64,000 nt of DNA, taken from assembly GCA_017499595.2 (NCBI GenBank), contig CM039000.1:2728001-2792000 (forward strand), in the 5' to 3' direction. The notes below the pieces were generated by a model. The model ran no database searches. It was not told where the DNA came from and saw only the letters and a program-made list of their open reading frames with translations. Positions within the stretch are counted from its first letter, which is position 1. Each line of letters opens with the position of its first letter. The stretch comes from Psilocybe cubensis. Its lineage: Eukaryota. Positions 1 to 12,356 of the stretch are shown piece after piece. Position numbers and translations under genes: made by a program.

Positions 1-1783
1 ATCTCGACACTGTCCAGAATTGGGATTATATCAACAAACTGGATGGCCCACAAAAACACACAAAACACGGAAAGAGAAAGGAGATGGAGCGCTCACTAAT
101 TATTCATAGCAAGATCCGATATAGCGATGAGATCCTCGTGTCTAGTGTCTGTGTAACGTTGAAGGGCATTGGCTAAACGTCGATCTTGACCATTCTTGTC
201 ATCAGAGATCGAAGGTGTCGAAGAAACGCCTTCTTCATCTAGCAGCGTCGAAAGAATTCGCACATCCTCTAGGCCTGCATTTAGACCTTGGCCATAGAAT
301 GGCACCATGGAGTGGGCTGCATCTCCCAAGATAATGGCTCGATCTTTGTAATGGTATGGGTTTGCCTATAACAAAAAAAAAACCAAAAATAAACCCCTCA
401 CGGGGGTGGTAGGGTTGGTTACAATCACAAGTTTTCCCTTGACCGTCTTATTAAATTAAAATTACCTTTGTACAAATCAGTGGACTTCTGGGATTCCGCT
501 TGAAGTCTTCCACCAATGATTTTTCGCCAATAAGGTGGGTCGCGTCAGGGAAATAGGACTTGAACCAAGCCAGAATACTCTCGGGGGTACAGAGGCGATC
601 AAGCTCGGCGGTCGGTGCAAATAAAGTGCATGTAAATGTTTTATCCTAGTGATAAGAATATACATTAATGAAAGTGGAAATAAAAAAGCATAGATACCAC
701 ATGGGACTTTACTTTGTTTGGGAGGGCTATTAGCATGAAAGAGTGGCGGGGCCATATGTGAAGATGATTAGGATCAAGCAGAAATGTGGATTCGCCATTA
801 ACGTCCCGGCCTGCCGGCATTTTCAATTCAAGATATTCGTCCCTGATGTACTCTTGTTGATAATTCATTCTAGAGTAAACGGTCAGGGAGAGTTGATGGG
901 AAAAAAACAAGACAAGACATCAGCGACAAAAACAAGTGACAGACAGAACGGACAGGTAAAATTACCTAACCACTCGCATCATCTGTCGTCGAATTACAGA
1001 ATAGCTACCGTCCGATCCAATGCAAAAATCGAAAGAGACGGTGCGATCCTTGTTGGCTAAGGTATCGTGAACGGACATGGACCCATTATCAAAGTCGACC
1101 GCGGTGACTTTATGATTAAAAAAGGTACGAATAGTGGGAGTCTGAGAAACTTGATCAAGCAACCCTTCATTCAGGAGTGCCCTGTCGATGGAATTTATAC
1201 ACTGTCAAGGAGAACAACAAAAAAAGGGGGGTACATAAACCTGTGCGGCGAAATACAAGAGAAATTCCACGAACCTGTCCATCTCTGTCATAGAGCTGAC
1301 TGTCTAGTTCGCCAGATAATTTATGAATCATGCGACCGCGCATGGGGATGGCGGACTGTAGGAAGCGATGTGCGGCGGCGGGCTCGACAGCCTCTAATGC
1401 TGCGATGCCGCGATGGGAGATGGCTAGGTTGATGGACCGCTGACCGACCGCAGCCTTGGAGGAAGCGAGCCGCATATCTGCAAATGAAAGACAAGACGGG
1501 ATGCAATTTTAGCTCAAATGCTACTGCATGACGTTGTGCGAAAGGGAGAATTTCATTTTATCAAAAAAGCGAAGACAAAAACAGACAGAAGTAGGGTGGT
1601 GTCGGATTGGGTTGGATTGGGTTGCAAGCGCGGCGAATGGTGATGTAAGGTGTTCTCACCTGGACGGCCTTCATATAGTTCGACGGCCCACCCACGCTTG
1701 GCGAGCGCTAAAGCTGCGAGAGCGCCGACGGGGCCTGCGCCTACGACGACTGCCTTCTTTGCAGCTGGTGATTGAGAGTGCAT
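1..1783 (-). CDS. BNA4: Kynurenine 3-monooxygenase (FAD-dependent), multi-exon, 3' end beyond the left edge
   Basis: ATG at 1783; [12 protein letters not shown] motif, [58 protein letters not shown], spliced NN/YVEM at the edge. Confidence 0.95.
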
Positions 1784-2119
1784 TGGACTGGAGAGAAAAG
1801 CAGAGAGATAGAAATGTAATAAAGATAAGGCGGAAGATTGACGCAAGGCTGATTAATCGATAGAGGATTAGTTTAGCGGTAAGAGCACGGGCCAACAATG
1901 TATACAGTCAGCAGAGCCATATGAGCATCTCCAGCAAGGCCGACTGCAACCTCGGGACGGACGATTTTTTTGAAGACAAGATCTGGCCCTCTTGCTCATC
2001 CATCCGTCATTCCGATCACAAATCGGCTAGATAACATCAGCATCTAATCTAATCTCCCAACAACTATCTATCTTGCTCCATCTACGGATCTTGCTGTTCT
2101 GTTCTTGTCCACAACGACT

Positions 2120-4037
2120 ATGTCTGCAAACCAGGTTCTATATACGCCTCTCACAGATGCCTTTGATATACCCACCAACAAAGACGTAGACGCGTCAGCC
2201 ATACCCGACCCACGTATTCTTTTCTCTTTCCCCTTCCCCGTACACCCTGCTAACGGCTGCACAGAATCCAAATGCACATACTTGTGTGGGAACTCGCTGG
2301 GTCTCCTTCCCAAACCCGCGTCCGACCTTGTCCAACAGGAGCTGCGCGTATGGGCCACACGGTATGCATCCGCTCATCCAAATAGCCTCTTCTTCTTCAT
2401 CACCGATGTGAATTTCTTCATTTCATCTCCCATACAGTGCCGTCATTGGTCACTTCTCGCATCCATATGACCGTCCCTGGACCAAATGCACAGACGAGGT
2501 AAACATATTGCTCGCAGAACTCATAGGTACTCAATCATTTTGTTTCCCTTTACACTCACCCTCACCCTTTTCACTTTGTCTTTTTCATATTTGCAGGCGC
2601 AGATGAATCCGAAGTCGCCTGCATGGGCACCCTGACGAGTAATTTGCACCTAATGATGGACTCTTTCTACAAACCTACCTCCACTCGGTTCAAGATCCTC
2701 TGCGAAGCCCATGCTTTCCCCTCGGACCAGGTAAACACAACATCTCCCCTTCCCCGTTACCTTTTCGCCACCAAATAAATAATTCATTCCTTCCTTTTAA
2801 CATCGTCTATTAATTTATTTCCCTCCCATCCAGTATGCTTTCCAGTCCCAAGTCCTCGCACATGGTCTCGACCCGTCCACAGCTATAATCGAGCTGTCTC
2901 CTCGGCAGGGAGAATATACCCTTAGAGAAGAGGACATTCTCGAAACCATCGAAAAAGAAGGAGACTCTATTGCACTCGTTCTCTTCAGTGGCATTCAATA
3001 CTATACTGGCCAATGGTTCCCCATGCAGTCCATCACAAAGAAGGCTCAAGATAAGGTGATTTCTATCTCCTTCCACTTCCTTTCCCCTTCTCTGCCCTTT
3101 CTTCTCGTAAATAGCCAAATTAAAGCGGTGAAAGGGAAGAAAAACACCTGATGCTTGCTCCCCATACGGAATAAATTATTCTTTCCCTCTTCACGTCACT
3201 TCTTTTCCTTCGTGTTTTTTTTGCTAATCTTCTCGTTTTAGGGTTGTATCTGTGGCTGGGATCTAGCTCATGCCGTTGGGAATGTTCCTCTCGAATTACA
3301 CAACTGGAACGTCGATTTTGCCGCGTTCTGTACCTACAAATATGTCAATTCAGGTCCCGGAGGCATAGCCGGTTTGTTCATCCACAATAAATGGCATGAA
3401 ACTGAACGTCCCAAGTGCGTGTTTTCTTTATTTTATTTTTCTTCCAAATCTAGACCACAATTTATACCCTGTTGCTTACTGACTCTTGCTTTTTTCGTTC
3501 TTTTTTCCGTGAATTTATAGATTTGCAGGATGGTGGGGACACGAGCTGTCCACGCGCTTCGCCATGCCTCCTACGTTCTCACCGATCAAAGGTGCGCAAG
3601 GGTTCCAGCAATCGAACCCGTCCGCGCTTGCAGTCGCAGCGCTGCTCGGCTCCTTACGCGTCTTCAAGGCCGCAGGGATGATGCAGCCCATCCGAGCACG
3701 CTCCCTCGAGCTCACCGGCGCGCTCGAAGCCCTGCTCAAGCGCTCCAAATATTATATCGACGCGACGCAGGCGCAAGCGTACAGGGGCAAAGCGGGATTC
3801 ACGATCATCACGCCTGATGTGCCTTCGGCGCGTGGCGCGCAGCTGTCGCTGCTGTTCCTGCCAGTGGGATCGGGCACGATGCAAGCTGTGCACGGTTATC
3901 TATCGCAGAATGGGGTTATCGGAGACGAGAGGCAGCCTGACGTGATCCGTCTGGCGCCTGCGCCCCTGTATAATACACTGAAAGACTGCGAACACGCGGC
4001 GGAGGTTCTCGAGAATGCGCTCGCGGAGCTGCAATAA
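2120..4037 (+). CDS. BNA5: Kynureninase (PLP-dependent), multi-exon
   Basis: [42 protein letters not shown] (PLP Lys), [28 protein letters not shown]. Confidence 0.95.
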
Positions 4038-4144
4038 GCAGATCCATTTCCATTTCCACACATAGATATCTATACATATAGGCAGTAGCGCTTAGTAGTA
4101 TGTACGCGTTGAACGCGAATTATTACTATATATGGGAGGATATC

Positions 4145-5057
4145 CTACTCTGGGATAAGTCGAGACGTAAACTGCCTGACGAGCTGGAGATAGGCGTCTC
4201 CTTCAAAGATGGCATCATGCTCCTCTTTGAGGGCGTCCGTGTTGATGGATATCAGACTAGGAGTAGGTGCGATTTGCACGAGATGGTTGTACATGCTGCG
4301 CGTTTGGTCAAGATCGATGAGAGTATCGCCTGTTGAATGGAGCAAAAGCCACGCCAGCGCCGAAGAAGACGAAGGAGAAGACAGCCGGAGGGGATATTCC
4401 AGTGCCGAAAAGCGTCTATAAGGCGCGTCTCCGGAGCTTGGGGGGCCAAAGGTGGGTTCGATAAACCAGGCTTGGTAAGCGGGGAAACGGGCGACGAGTT
4501 TGTCTAGGTCGTAGATGCCTTCTGAGAGCACCACGCCCTTGACCGAGCTTAAAAGGTCTGGAGACGGGACCAAACTAGCTTGGTGGCTGTCGAGGAGAAT
4601 CGAGGCGAGCATGTGCGCGCTGCAGCTGTGCCCAAGCAAGACAAGCGAGTCTGGATCGAACGCATCGGAAAGCTGTCCTTGATAACGCCATGTCCTGACA
4701 AATTTGAGAAAGGTCAGAATATCCTGGGCATGGATTGGGTGACGAAATCGCGGATCGTGGTTATCGCTGGGAGTGAGGCGGTAGTTAGGCACAGCTACTG
4801 GGCAGGCTGTGGCTGCAGCGAGCCTGCGGGCGAGCTGGGCATGGTCTTGCTTGTCTTCACTAGCATAGGATAGATATGAATATTGCTGCGCAACTGGACA
4901 GAAAATACGAGAGTACTGACGATCTCCAGGCGCCACCGTGGATAAAGCAGAGGAGCGAGGGCGTATGGGGCAAAGAAAGGGCTAGCTCCGGCAAGTAAAA
5001 GTCGAACTGGCGGAGTGGATCGTCATTGGATGCGGAGTCGTACGGAATGCTGTTCAT
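4145..5057 (-). CDS. BNA7: Kynurenine formamidase-like alpha/beta hydrolase, 2 exons
   Basis: FIHGGAWRS oxyanion motif spliced to EDK, NYRLTP, HPIHAQD, GHS nucleophile elbow, SEGIYD, HSTGDTLI, EEHD; adjacent to KMO and kynureninase. Confidence 0.8.
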
Positions 5058-5120
5058 GTCCAAGCAGTAAGCGAATGACGCACCGCGGCCCGTCTATTTT
5101 CGGCAACCGTATGTTTTGCT

Positions 5121-5160
5121 TGTGACGTCACACCCCTGAGTCTCTGCTACCCATATAAAG
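5121..5160. promoter_or_regulatory. CRE/ATF palindrome, STRE-like CCCCT and TATA box in the divergent BNA7/PMP3 promoter
   Basis: TGTGACGTCACA 5121-5132, CCCCT 5133-5137, TATAAAG ending 5160. Confidence 0.55.
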
Positions 5161-5204
5161 TCCGCCGAGTACTCTGCTCTCTTCTCATTCAAATCTCTCC
5201 GACC

Positions 5205-5597
5205 ATGGCCTTCACCGCTTCAGATATCTGCAAAGTACGCCCTTTTCTTTTATTTCCTGCTATTTTTCTCATTTAAGCGCCTAGATCATCCTCGCCATCT
5301 TCCTCCCACCGCTTGGTGTCTTCTTGGAGCGTGGCTGCGGCGCCGATTTCGTGAGTGTCTCCTGTCCGGCACCCCCACTTGATTCCATTAACTGGACCGC
5401 CATCTAGTTCATTAACATTCTCCTGACAATCTTGGGTTACATGTAAGCTTTTCGCTCCCCGCCTATTTTCAACTCCTTCTTAACTCTATCCTTGTTTTCT
5501 AGTCCCGGAATCATCCATGGCATGTCTTCTTCTGCATTTCCTCATTTTGCCCAGCTGACCTTTTCCTCTAGCCTTATATATCATATTGAAATATTGA
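5205..5597 (+). CDS. PMP3: Plasma membrane proteolipid 3 (Pmp3/RCI2 family), 5 short exons; not captured by the ORF track
   Basis: Spliced: MAFTASDICK/IILAIFLPPLGVFLERGCGADF/FINILLTILGYI/PGIIHA/LYIILKY*. Confidence 0.92.
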
Positions 5598-5788
5598 TCC
5601 ACCGTCATGTCCCATTTATCCATATGATATATGCCCATTCACGACCTCGCCCACACAGACATTCTCTAGTGTACTTGTATTGCTGCATTGATACCATCTT
5701 CATGACATTTCTAATGCATTAATCTTTTGTGGATCCATTCCATTTCATTTTTTCCCTTTGTCTACTTTAAAACATGTCTCGCCCGCAT

Positions 5789-8700
5789 TCAATGTACGAG
5801 TACCACATCGTCTTCGCTCTCGCTTTCCGTTGTCTCGTCCTCGCTTGTAGTCGCACTGACCGGCCTACTTGAATTTTCGCTCGCACTCACATCCTCGCTC
5901 GCAGACTCGCTTTCTCCGCCGTCCACTCCTTCCGTACTCGTCGACTCATCTCCGCTCTCTGTGCTATCCTCTGATGCTGTCGCACCCCTCGCAGCAAGAG
6001 CAGCTGGGATCACAGATGAGGCCTTGGGAGTAGCTGGCGTCCTTCCATTGTCCGCATTGTCGTCTTCTGATTCTGTTTCATCTTCTGATTCGCTTTCCTG
6101 CGCGTCAAACTGTTGAATCATATGTGATCCAATCATCCAGCATTTTTGGAAATTTTCGCTTTCTGCTCCATCTTTGAGGTCGGTTCCCTTTGATGCTGCG
6201 AGACGATGCCATGCGCGAATGTGGTCTTCTTCCACAATGTCTTCCTGGTACAGCGCCGCGAGAATTTGTCCAAAGAGCGACATCCGTGTCGACGTCGCGC
6301 AATGAGCCTATCCAACGCGTATCATGAATCAAAATCAAGAAATTGTCAAAAAGCACTGATCAACAAATGTTCCTCACCTGAAGGATGCTAACAGTCTCAA
6401 CGGGATCAACACCTCCAATCCTGTTAATCAAGTCTCCCCATCGGCCAACAACACTCGCGATCTCCCTGCGCTGCGCGGCAGGATCTCCATCCACCACCGG
6501 AATCTTCTCCACGATCGCCGCGACGACGGCCTCTTTGACACGGCTCAGCGGCACATTGCTCGCCATGCGCAGCGTCTTGAGTTCGACCGCCGCGTTGTCG
6601 ACCGAGTGGCCCTCCGCGAACGCGCGCTCCAAGCTCTGGTTTACCTCCGTGCGGAACTCGGCGTCCGCCATCAGCCCAGCCGCGTCGCCCAGGCCCATGG
6701 CAGGCATCTCCACGCCCGACGCATCAGACATGCCCGACACGGACGAACGCTCATGGAAGTCCCCGTCGTCATCATCAGACGACGAACTTTCCTCGTCGTC
6801 CGACGACGAGCCATCATCAGAGACCTCTACCTCTACATCGGATGCTGTATCGCCTATTTTAAAGAGAGCACATTTAAGATTAGCATTTGGGAATAGACAA
6901 ACAGACATATGACATTGATCGAAAAAAAAAAAACGTAGCGTTGGAACGAGTGTGTTATGTGCGATGTGAATTGCAATTGAGTTTTCTTACTCCTCTTGGG
7001 AAAAATAGCGAGAAAATTAGGGTACGTACCGAGTCTCATGAACCGCTGGTTCTCATAGTTTTCTGGTCCTTCCACCTCATCCTCTTCATCAGGTGGTGCT
7101 CTAGGCCAGACAACGGCGTTCGAATCTTTTCCCAGTGCCGATTTGTCTATTGAATCTTGACCTGTAGTAAAAAAGAAGTTATTTTCAGGGTTCCAATACG
7201 ACGTGTGAACCACCAATTCGGCGAAATCGCGAAAAAGATGAAGAAAGAAAGAAGAACAGGCAATGAACCACTGGTCCGGATGAAATACACAATAAGATAG
7301 GAAAAAGAAAGAAATTATACACACTAGCTTCAACTTCTTCCACGTCAGAGTCGTCGCTGTCGTCGTCCGCATTGCTGTCATTCTCGTCTCTCTTTGTCGA
7401 CAGCCTTTCAAAGGGTTGCAGGGTTGCATTCGGGCCAACGATGACCCCATCGGCGATCAGACATCCCTTTGGGACGCGTGAGCCATCCTTGATCTGCACG
7501 CCAGCGCCTATAATACTCTGCTCGACATGGCAGTTCTCACCAATCACCGCGTTCTCAAAGATGTACGAGTTGCGTATCGTAGAACCGGCTCCAATGGAGC
7601 AGTTCTGCCCTATAACGGAGGCTATAACGGACGCGTTATCAGAAACAGTAGTTGACGAGCCGATAAGCGTGTTGGTGCCAATGTTGCATGTTCTATTGTA
7701 AAGGGGAAGGAGAAGAGGGCAGCGATGATGTGATGCCATATTTTTAGTGCTCTTGGGTAAAAAATCATGAGGGAGAAGTAATAGTCCACGCACCGTGCAA
7801 GGACTACGGTGTTATCCTTTGCGATGTAACGATTGCCACGCGTGTGTTCGTAGATATGTCCACCTGGATGGTTGTCATCTGGTACCAGTGGGAACGTCCA
7901 TCTTGACAAAATGTCTTTGCTGAAAGACACGGGTGAAAAAACACGAAAAAGTTTCGGGGTTTTGTTTGATGATCAGAACGAGTTGTAACATGGGATTGGA
8001 TTTGAAAGATTTACCTGATGGATGCATAGCTGCGTGTGTCCTGCACACGAGCCGCGTAGCCTTCCTCAGCAACGTAGCAGTATATATTTTTCATGAGGAT
8101 GTCAGACGTCAGGATGCCATGCACAAAGTCTCGACGGATATCCAGGTAATCAAAGTTGTCCTGGAATAGAGAGGGGACCTAGAATACCCATTCAAAGAAA
8201 CGTTACGATCAATCAATACCCATGAACAATCAGCATAACAGACCTCGACGGAACAGACATCGATAGAGCAGTCAATCAGATCGTTTCGGATGTCAAGTTC
8301 TGGATGTTCTGCAAAGATCTCGCGTGGAATACTGATGCCCTTCTTTGCAGGATACCCTTGCAGATGTTCATAGTGCAAGCACTCTGACGTATTAGGGTCC
8401 AGAACAAACACCGATGATTCTCCCTTTGCTCTGTAAAACAAAAAAAAAAACATAGCACTAAGAGTCCATTAACCAGAGACGAAAGCACATACACACCTCG
8501 TCCGATGATTCACGCCGCTCTCTTTCACGACCATCGTCATGATCGCGTCCTTGTTCGTCTTCCTGCGCTCCTTGTGCACGCGCACGACCTCGTCGATCCG
8601 GATATTGCTCACCAAGTCGCCCATGACGAGCACAAAATCCGACGTGACCAGCCCGCGCGTGTAAATGTCCCGCATCGCATCGCCCGGCGAGAACGTCTCC

Positions 8701-9162
8701 TTCGCAGTCATAATCGGGACGATCTTCATCCCTGAGCCCGGTTTAGACCATTTTGACTCCCTTTTTTTGTTCGTTTGTAGTGATTAGAAATACGAGTTGG
8801 ATCACAAGGATAAGCGAGACAGAGAAAAGCCTACTTGATCGCGTTTTTTACGAGCTCTGCATGAGATCGGCATATCACAAACACCTCCTGAACACCCGCA
8901 AGTGCTAGACTTTCAAACGTCCAATCGAGTAGAGGCGCGTTGCAGATCGGGAGCAAGCACTGTGATAACACAAGTCGATGGCCGCCACATAGATTAAACA
9001 CAAAAAAAGCAATCTGCACAGTAGAACTCTTACTCGAGGCTTCCGTGTCGTAAGAGGTCTGAATCGCTTGTTGAAACTGTCGGCTAGAATGACGGCCTGA
9101 AGAACTTCCTCGTCCTCGTCAATGAGCTTTTCTTTGCCTGAATTCGTAGATTTTGCGGCCAT
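5789..9162 (-). CDS. GCD6: Translation initiation factor eIF2B epsilon subunit
   Basis: LQAVILADSFNKRFRPLT..PR/CLLP NT-like domain, left-handed beta-helix repeats (IGQNCSIGAGSTIRNSYIF), ELKTLRMASN and LYQEDIVEED W2/HEAT domain. Confidence 0.93.
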
Positions 9163-9621
9163 GGAGGCTAATGATAAATGAATCCAATTAGATCAGGGAG
9201 TCTACCATTGTCCCAATGAGTCATATTGCTTAATTGGGAAATATAAAGAAATTCACGCCATTTTTTTTTCTGAAAAAATCAACCAATGTATTATGAGACC
9301 TAAACGATTGAGAGCACGATCCAATGAAGCACTATGGGTATTGGGGGGACAATGGGAATAATGGATCGAGTATTAGGTATAAAAGGCGGAATGTGGCTAG
9401 TCGTAAACATCATGAAATAAAAAAAAATGGAAGAAAGCAAAAAGAAAACCATCCGAGCGTATCATAGACGAAAAGACGCGAACATGTTAAACGGTATGAT
9501 CCACGATATATGGTTCTGTGTGGTATTTAAAAAATGGCCAAGATGGAACAGATGAGAAATGAAGGGGCTCGTCATGGTCGTCGAAAACAAAAAGAGTCGT
9601 GCCAATGAAAGAAGGAAGAGT

Positions 9622-10724
9622 TTAAGCTGTAGCAGCCACAACAGGGGTGGCAGCAGGGGCGGCCTCGACAGGCTTAGCAGCCTCTTCCGTCTTGGTTTCG
9701 GGCTCAGCGGCAGCAGCAGCAGGAGCCTCAGTGGTGGCAGGGTTCTCGAGAGGAGCCACGGGGGCGGGCTCATCGATCTTGGGGGGGTGCTCGTCAACTT
9801 TGGCGGGAGTGTTGACCTCAGCGGCCTTGGGCTTGGCCTTGAAGAAGTCGCCAACACGGGCGGAGAGACGGCGGCCGACTTTAGCAGCCTTGGCCTCCTT
9901 CTTCTCGTCCTTCTAAAATAGAAGGTCAGGGAAGGTTATTTTTAATAGATTGGAGGACAGGAACACACCTTCTCCTCCTTGACCTCCTCAGCAGCGGCAG
10001 CGGGGGCAGCCTCAGCGACAGGGGCGGTCTCGCTAACAAAAATGGAAATGGGAGAAAAATTTAAGTGCGATTGGTCGGAAAAAAGAATGTGAAATCAGAA
10101 AACTTACGTCTCCTTGACAGGCTCCGCGGCCTCCTCCTTGGGTGCCTCAGCAACAGGGGCCTCTGCAGCAGCAGGCTCCTCTTTGGCAGCGGGAGTCTCC
10201 TCAGCAGCGGCAGCGGGTGCAGCAGCCTCGGCCTCCTTATCCTTCTTCTCCTTCTTGGGGCTCTTAGGAGCCTTGGTCTTCTTGTCGTTCTTGAAGGGAG
10301 CGAGCAATTTAGAGAGCAAGCTAGGGCTCTTGGGCCTCTCCTCCTTCTTTGCCTCGGTTTCGGCCTGATTGGGGGGAAGAGATATGAGAACAAAGAAGAA
10401 TGATAATCGATTTGAACATACAGGCTTAGCCTCCTCCTTGGCCTCCTCAGCAACAGGGGCAGCAGCCTCAGCCTCGGTGGCAGCAGGGGCGACAGCGGGA
10501 GCCTCAGCCTCTGCGGGGGCAGCAGTCTCGGCCTTTGAAAGAAAGGCAGGTGAGCTGGTTGCTAGAGGGGGGGGGGGGGCAAAAATGGAAAAAAGACGCA
10601 CGGGGGCAGCAACAGCAGGCTCCTCAGCCTTGGGAGGCTCGACAGCGGGTGTAGCCTCTACAGGCTTGACTTCCTCAACGGGGGCAACGACGGGGGCAGC
10701 GGCAGCGGCTTCAGGGGCAGACAT
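9622..10724 (-). CDS. Ala/Glu/Pro/Lys-rich intrinsically disordered protein, 5 exons
   Basis: Strong GCT/GCC/GAG/AAG codon bias, clean phase-0 introns, stop TAA at 9622; motifs KSPSLLSKLLAPFK and KVGRRLSARVGDFFK. Confidence 0.8.
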
Positions 10725-11347
10725 TATTGCAGAACGCGACGTGAGCTGAAAGAGATAGCGCGTCTGGTGAGCGGTGGGAAGGAGAAGAAGAAAAGAGGAA
10801 GAAAAGAGACTAACTGTGAAGAAGAATTAGATAGAGAGAGAGAAAATTGCGTGCAACGCAGACCAAAACCCGATGGGGAGTTGAGAGAAATTAGGAAGGA
10901 AGGGATAGAGAGCGTTTCGAATTCGGTCTTTTTATTTGGTTCTATGTGTTGCTTCTTGTTTGGTTGTTAGCTCGTCAGGGTCGTCGCCATGTTCCATAAC
11001 TTTCCACATCGATTCTCCGCTGATGGCCCTCTCCCCTCTCCCCTGCCTCTTTCTCCTGCTGCTCTCTCTGTATCCAGATGCCCTGCGCCCTACGAGCGAG
11101 CGTCTTTTGGCTGCAGAAAGACAGACCCCTGAGCAGAGAGAGAGAAATGGAGTCATTTTCTTTTTTCTTCAGCAGCCGACATCAAAGCCTAAACGGAGAT
11201 CCCCGTTTGTCTAGACTAGCATGTCACGTGCCTCCTCTCTCACGCGCGGACTTGGAATGAGGGCAATACTTATTGTTAGCGCCCAGCAGCGGAGCAATGA
11301 CGCTAGTGCTTGTATAAATACAAGCAGAGATTGGACTGTACTGGACA

Positions 11348-12356
11348 ATGGCTCACCGACTGCTGGCTGTCCTGCCTTGTGTTCTCTTTTTTGTTGCGTT
11401 TCTGCTGCTCCTGCTCGTGTCCCTGTCTGCCCCCATCATCACCTCCATCATTCTCTTCCGTCTCTCTGCCAACCTCAATGTCGGGCCCTCTATATTCGCC
11501 ACCAATGCCACTGGTACAGTTGCCTTTGGTGTCTGGGGCTACTGTGTCTCCGCCCTAAAGGTCGCGTGCGTAGTATTTCTCGCTCTCCATATTCTACCCG
11601 TCCTCATTTCATAGTCCAGCATCGCGGGTGTAGATCGCTCGCGAGACGGTCAATGCTCAAAAGTCAGACTGGGATATACATTCGATAGCACCGTAGCAAG
11701 AGCGCTGTACGTTATTGCGCGTGATGCAATTCTTGTGTCTAATTCCTCCGTGTATAGCAATGCAGATGATCTCCAGAATATCCTCTCCCGCACCACAACG
11801 GCCGCCCTGGTGCTCCACCCTATTGGTATCTATACAACTTTCCATTCTCTCCTCCAGCCCTTGACCTTGTTTTTCCCAAGCTGCCGCTCTCGCCTTCCTC
11901 ACCCTATTCATTTCCCTCCTTGCCCTCCGACGCGGATCAAATTCCAACTCTAGACTCCCCTCCTTTCTCACCATGGGCATCGCCAGCCTTACTGCTTTCC
12001 TCACCACAGTCGTCTTCCTCATCGATGTCATCGTCGTGGCTGTCGTGCGCGCACGCGTCCGCAACGCCACCGATGACCACCTCGACCTCGTATGGGGCAA
12101 TGCCGTACGTCTATCATAAATAGCCCCACCATGTCCAAACTCAATTGCTTCCCTTTCCCTTCAGGTCTGGATGACGCTTGGCGCCGCGGTAGCATTGTGG
12201 CTCGCCCTAGCTGGTGCGTGCTACGGCATGGTCGCAGCCCGACGGACAAACAGGTGCCCATCCTTGTAACTCCTGAGCTCGAGCTTCTCCTGATATATAT
12301 CTCGATTTGTATATGTTGCATTGACCGCGCGCAGAAAATCCACGACCACCTATTGA
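11348..12356 (+). CDS. SUR7/PalI (Rim9-like) family membrane protein
   Basis: N-terminal TM, FGVWGYC...C..LGY claudin-like motif, LVLHPIAA, FLIDV, WGNAVWM; ends RKSTTTY*. Confidence 0.85.
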
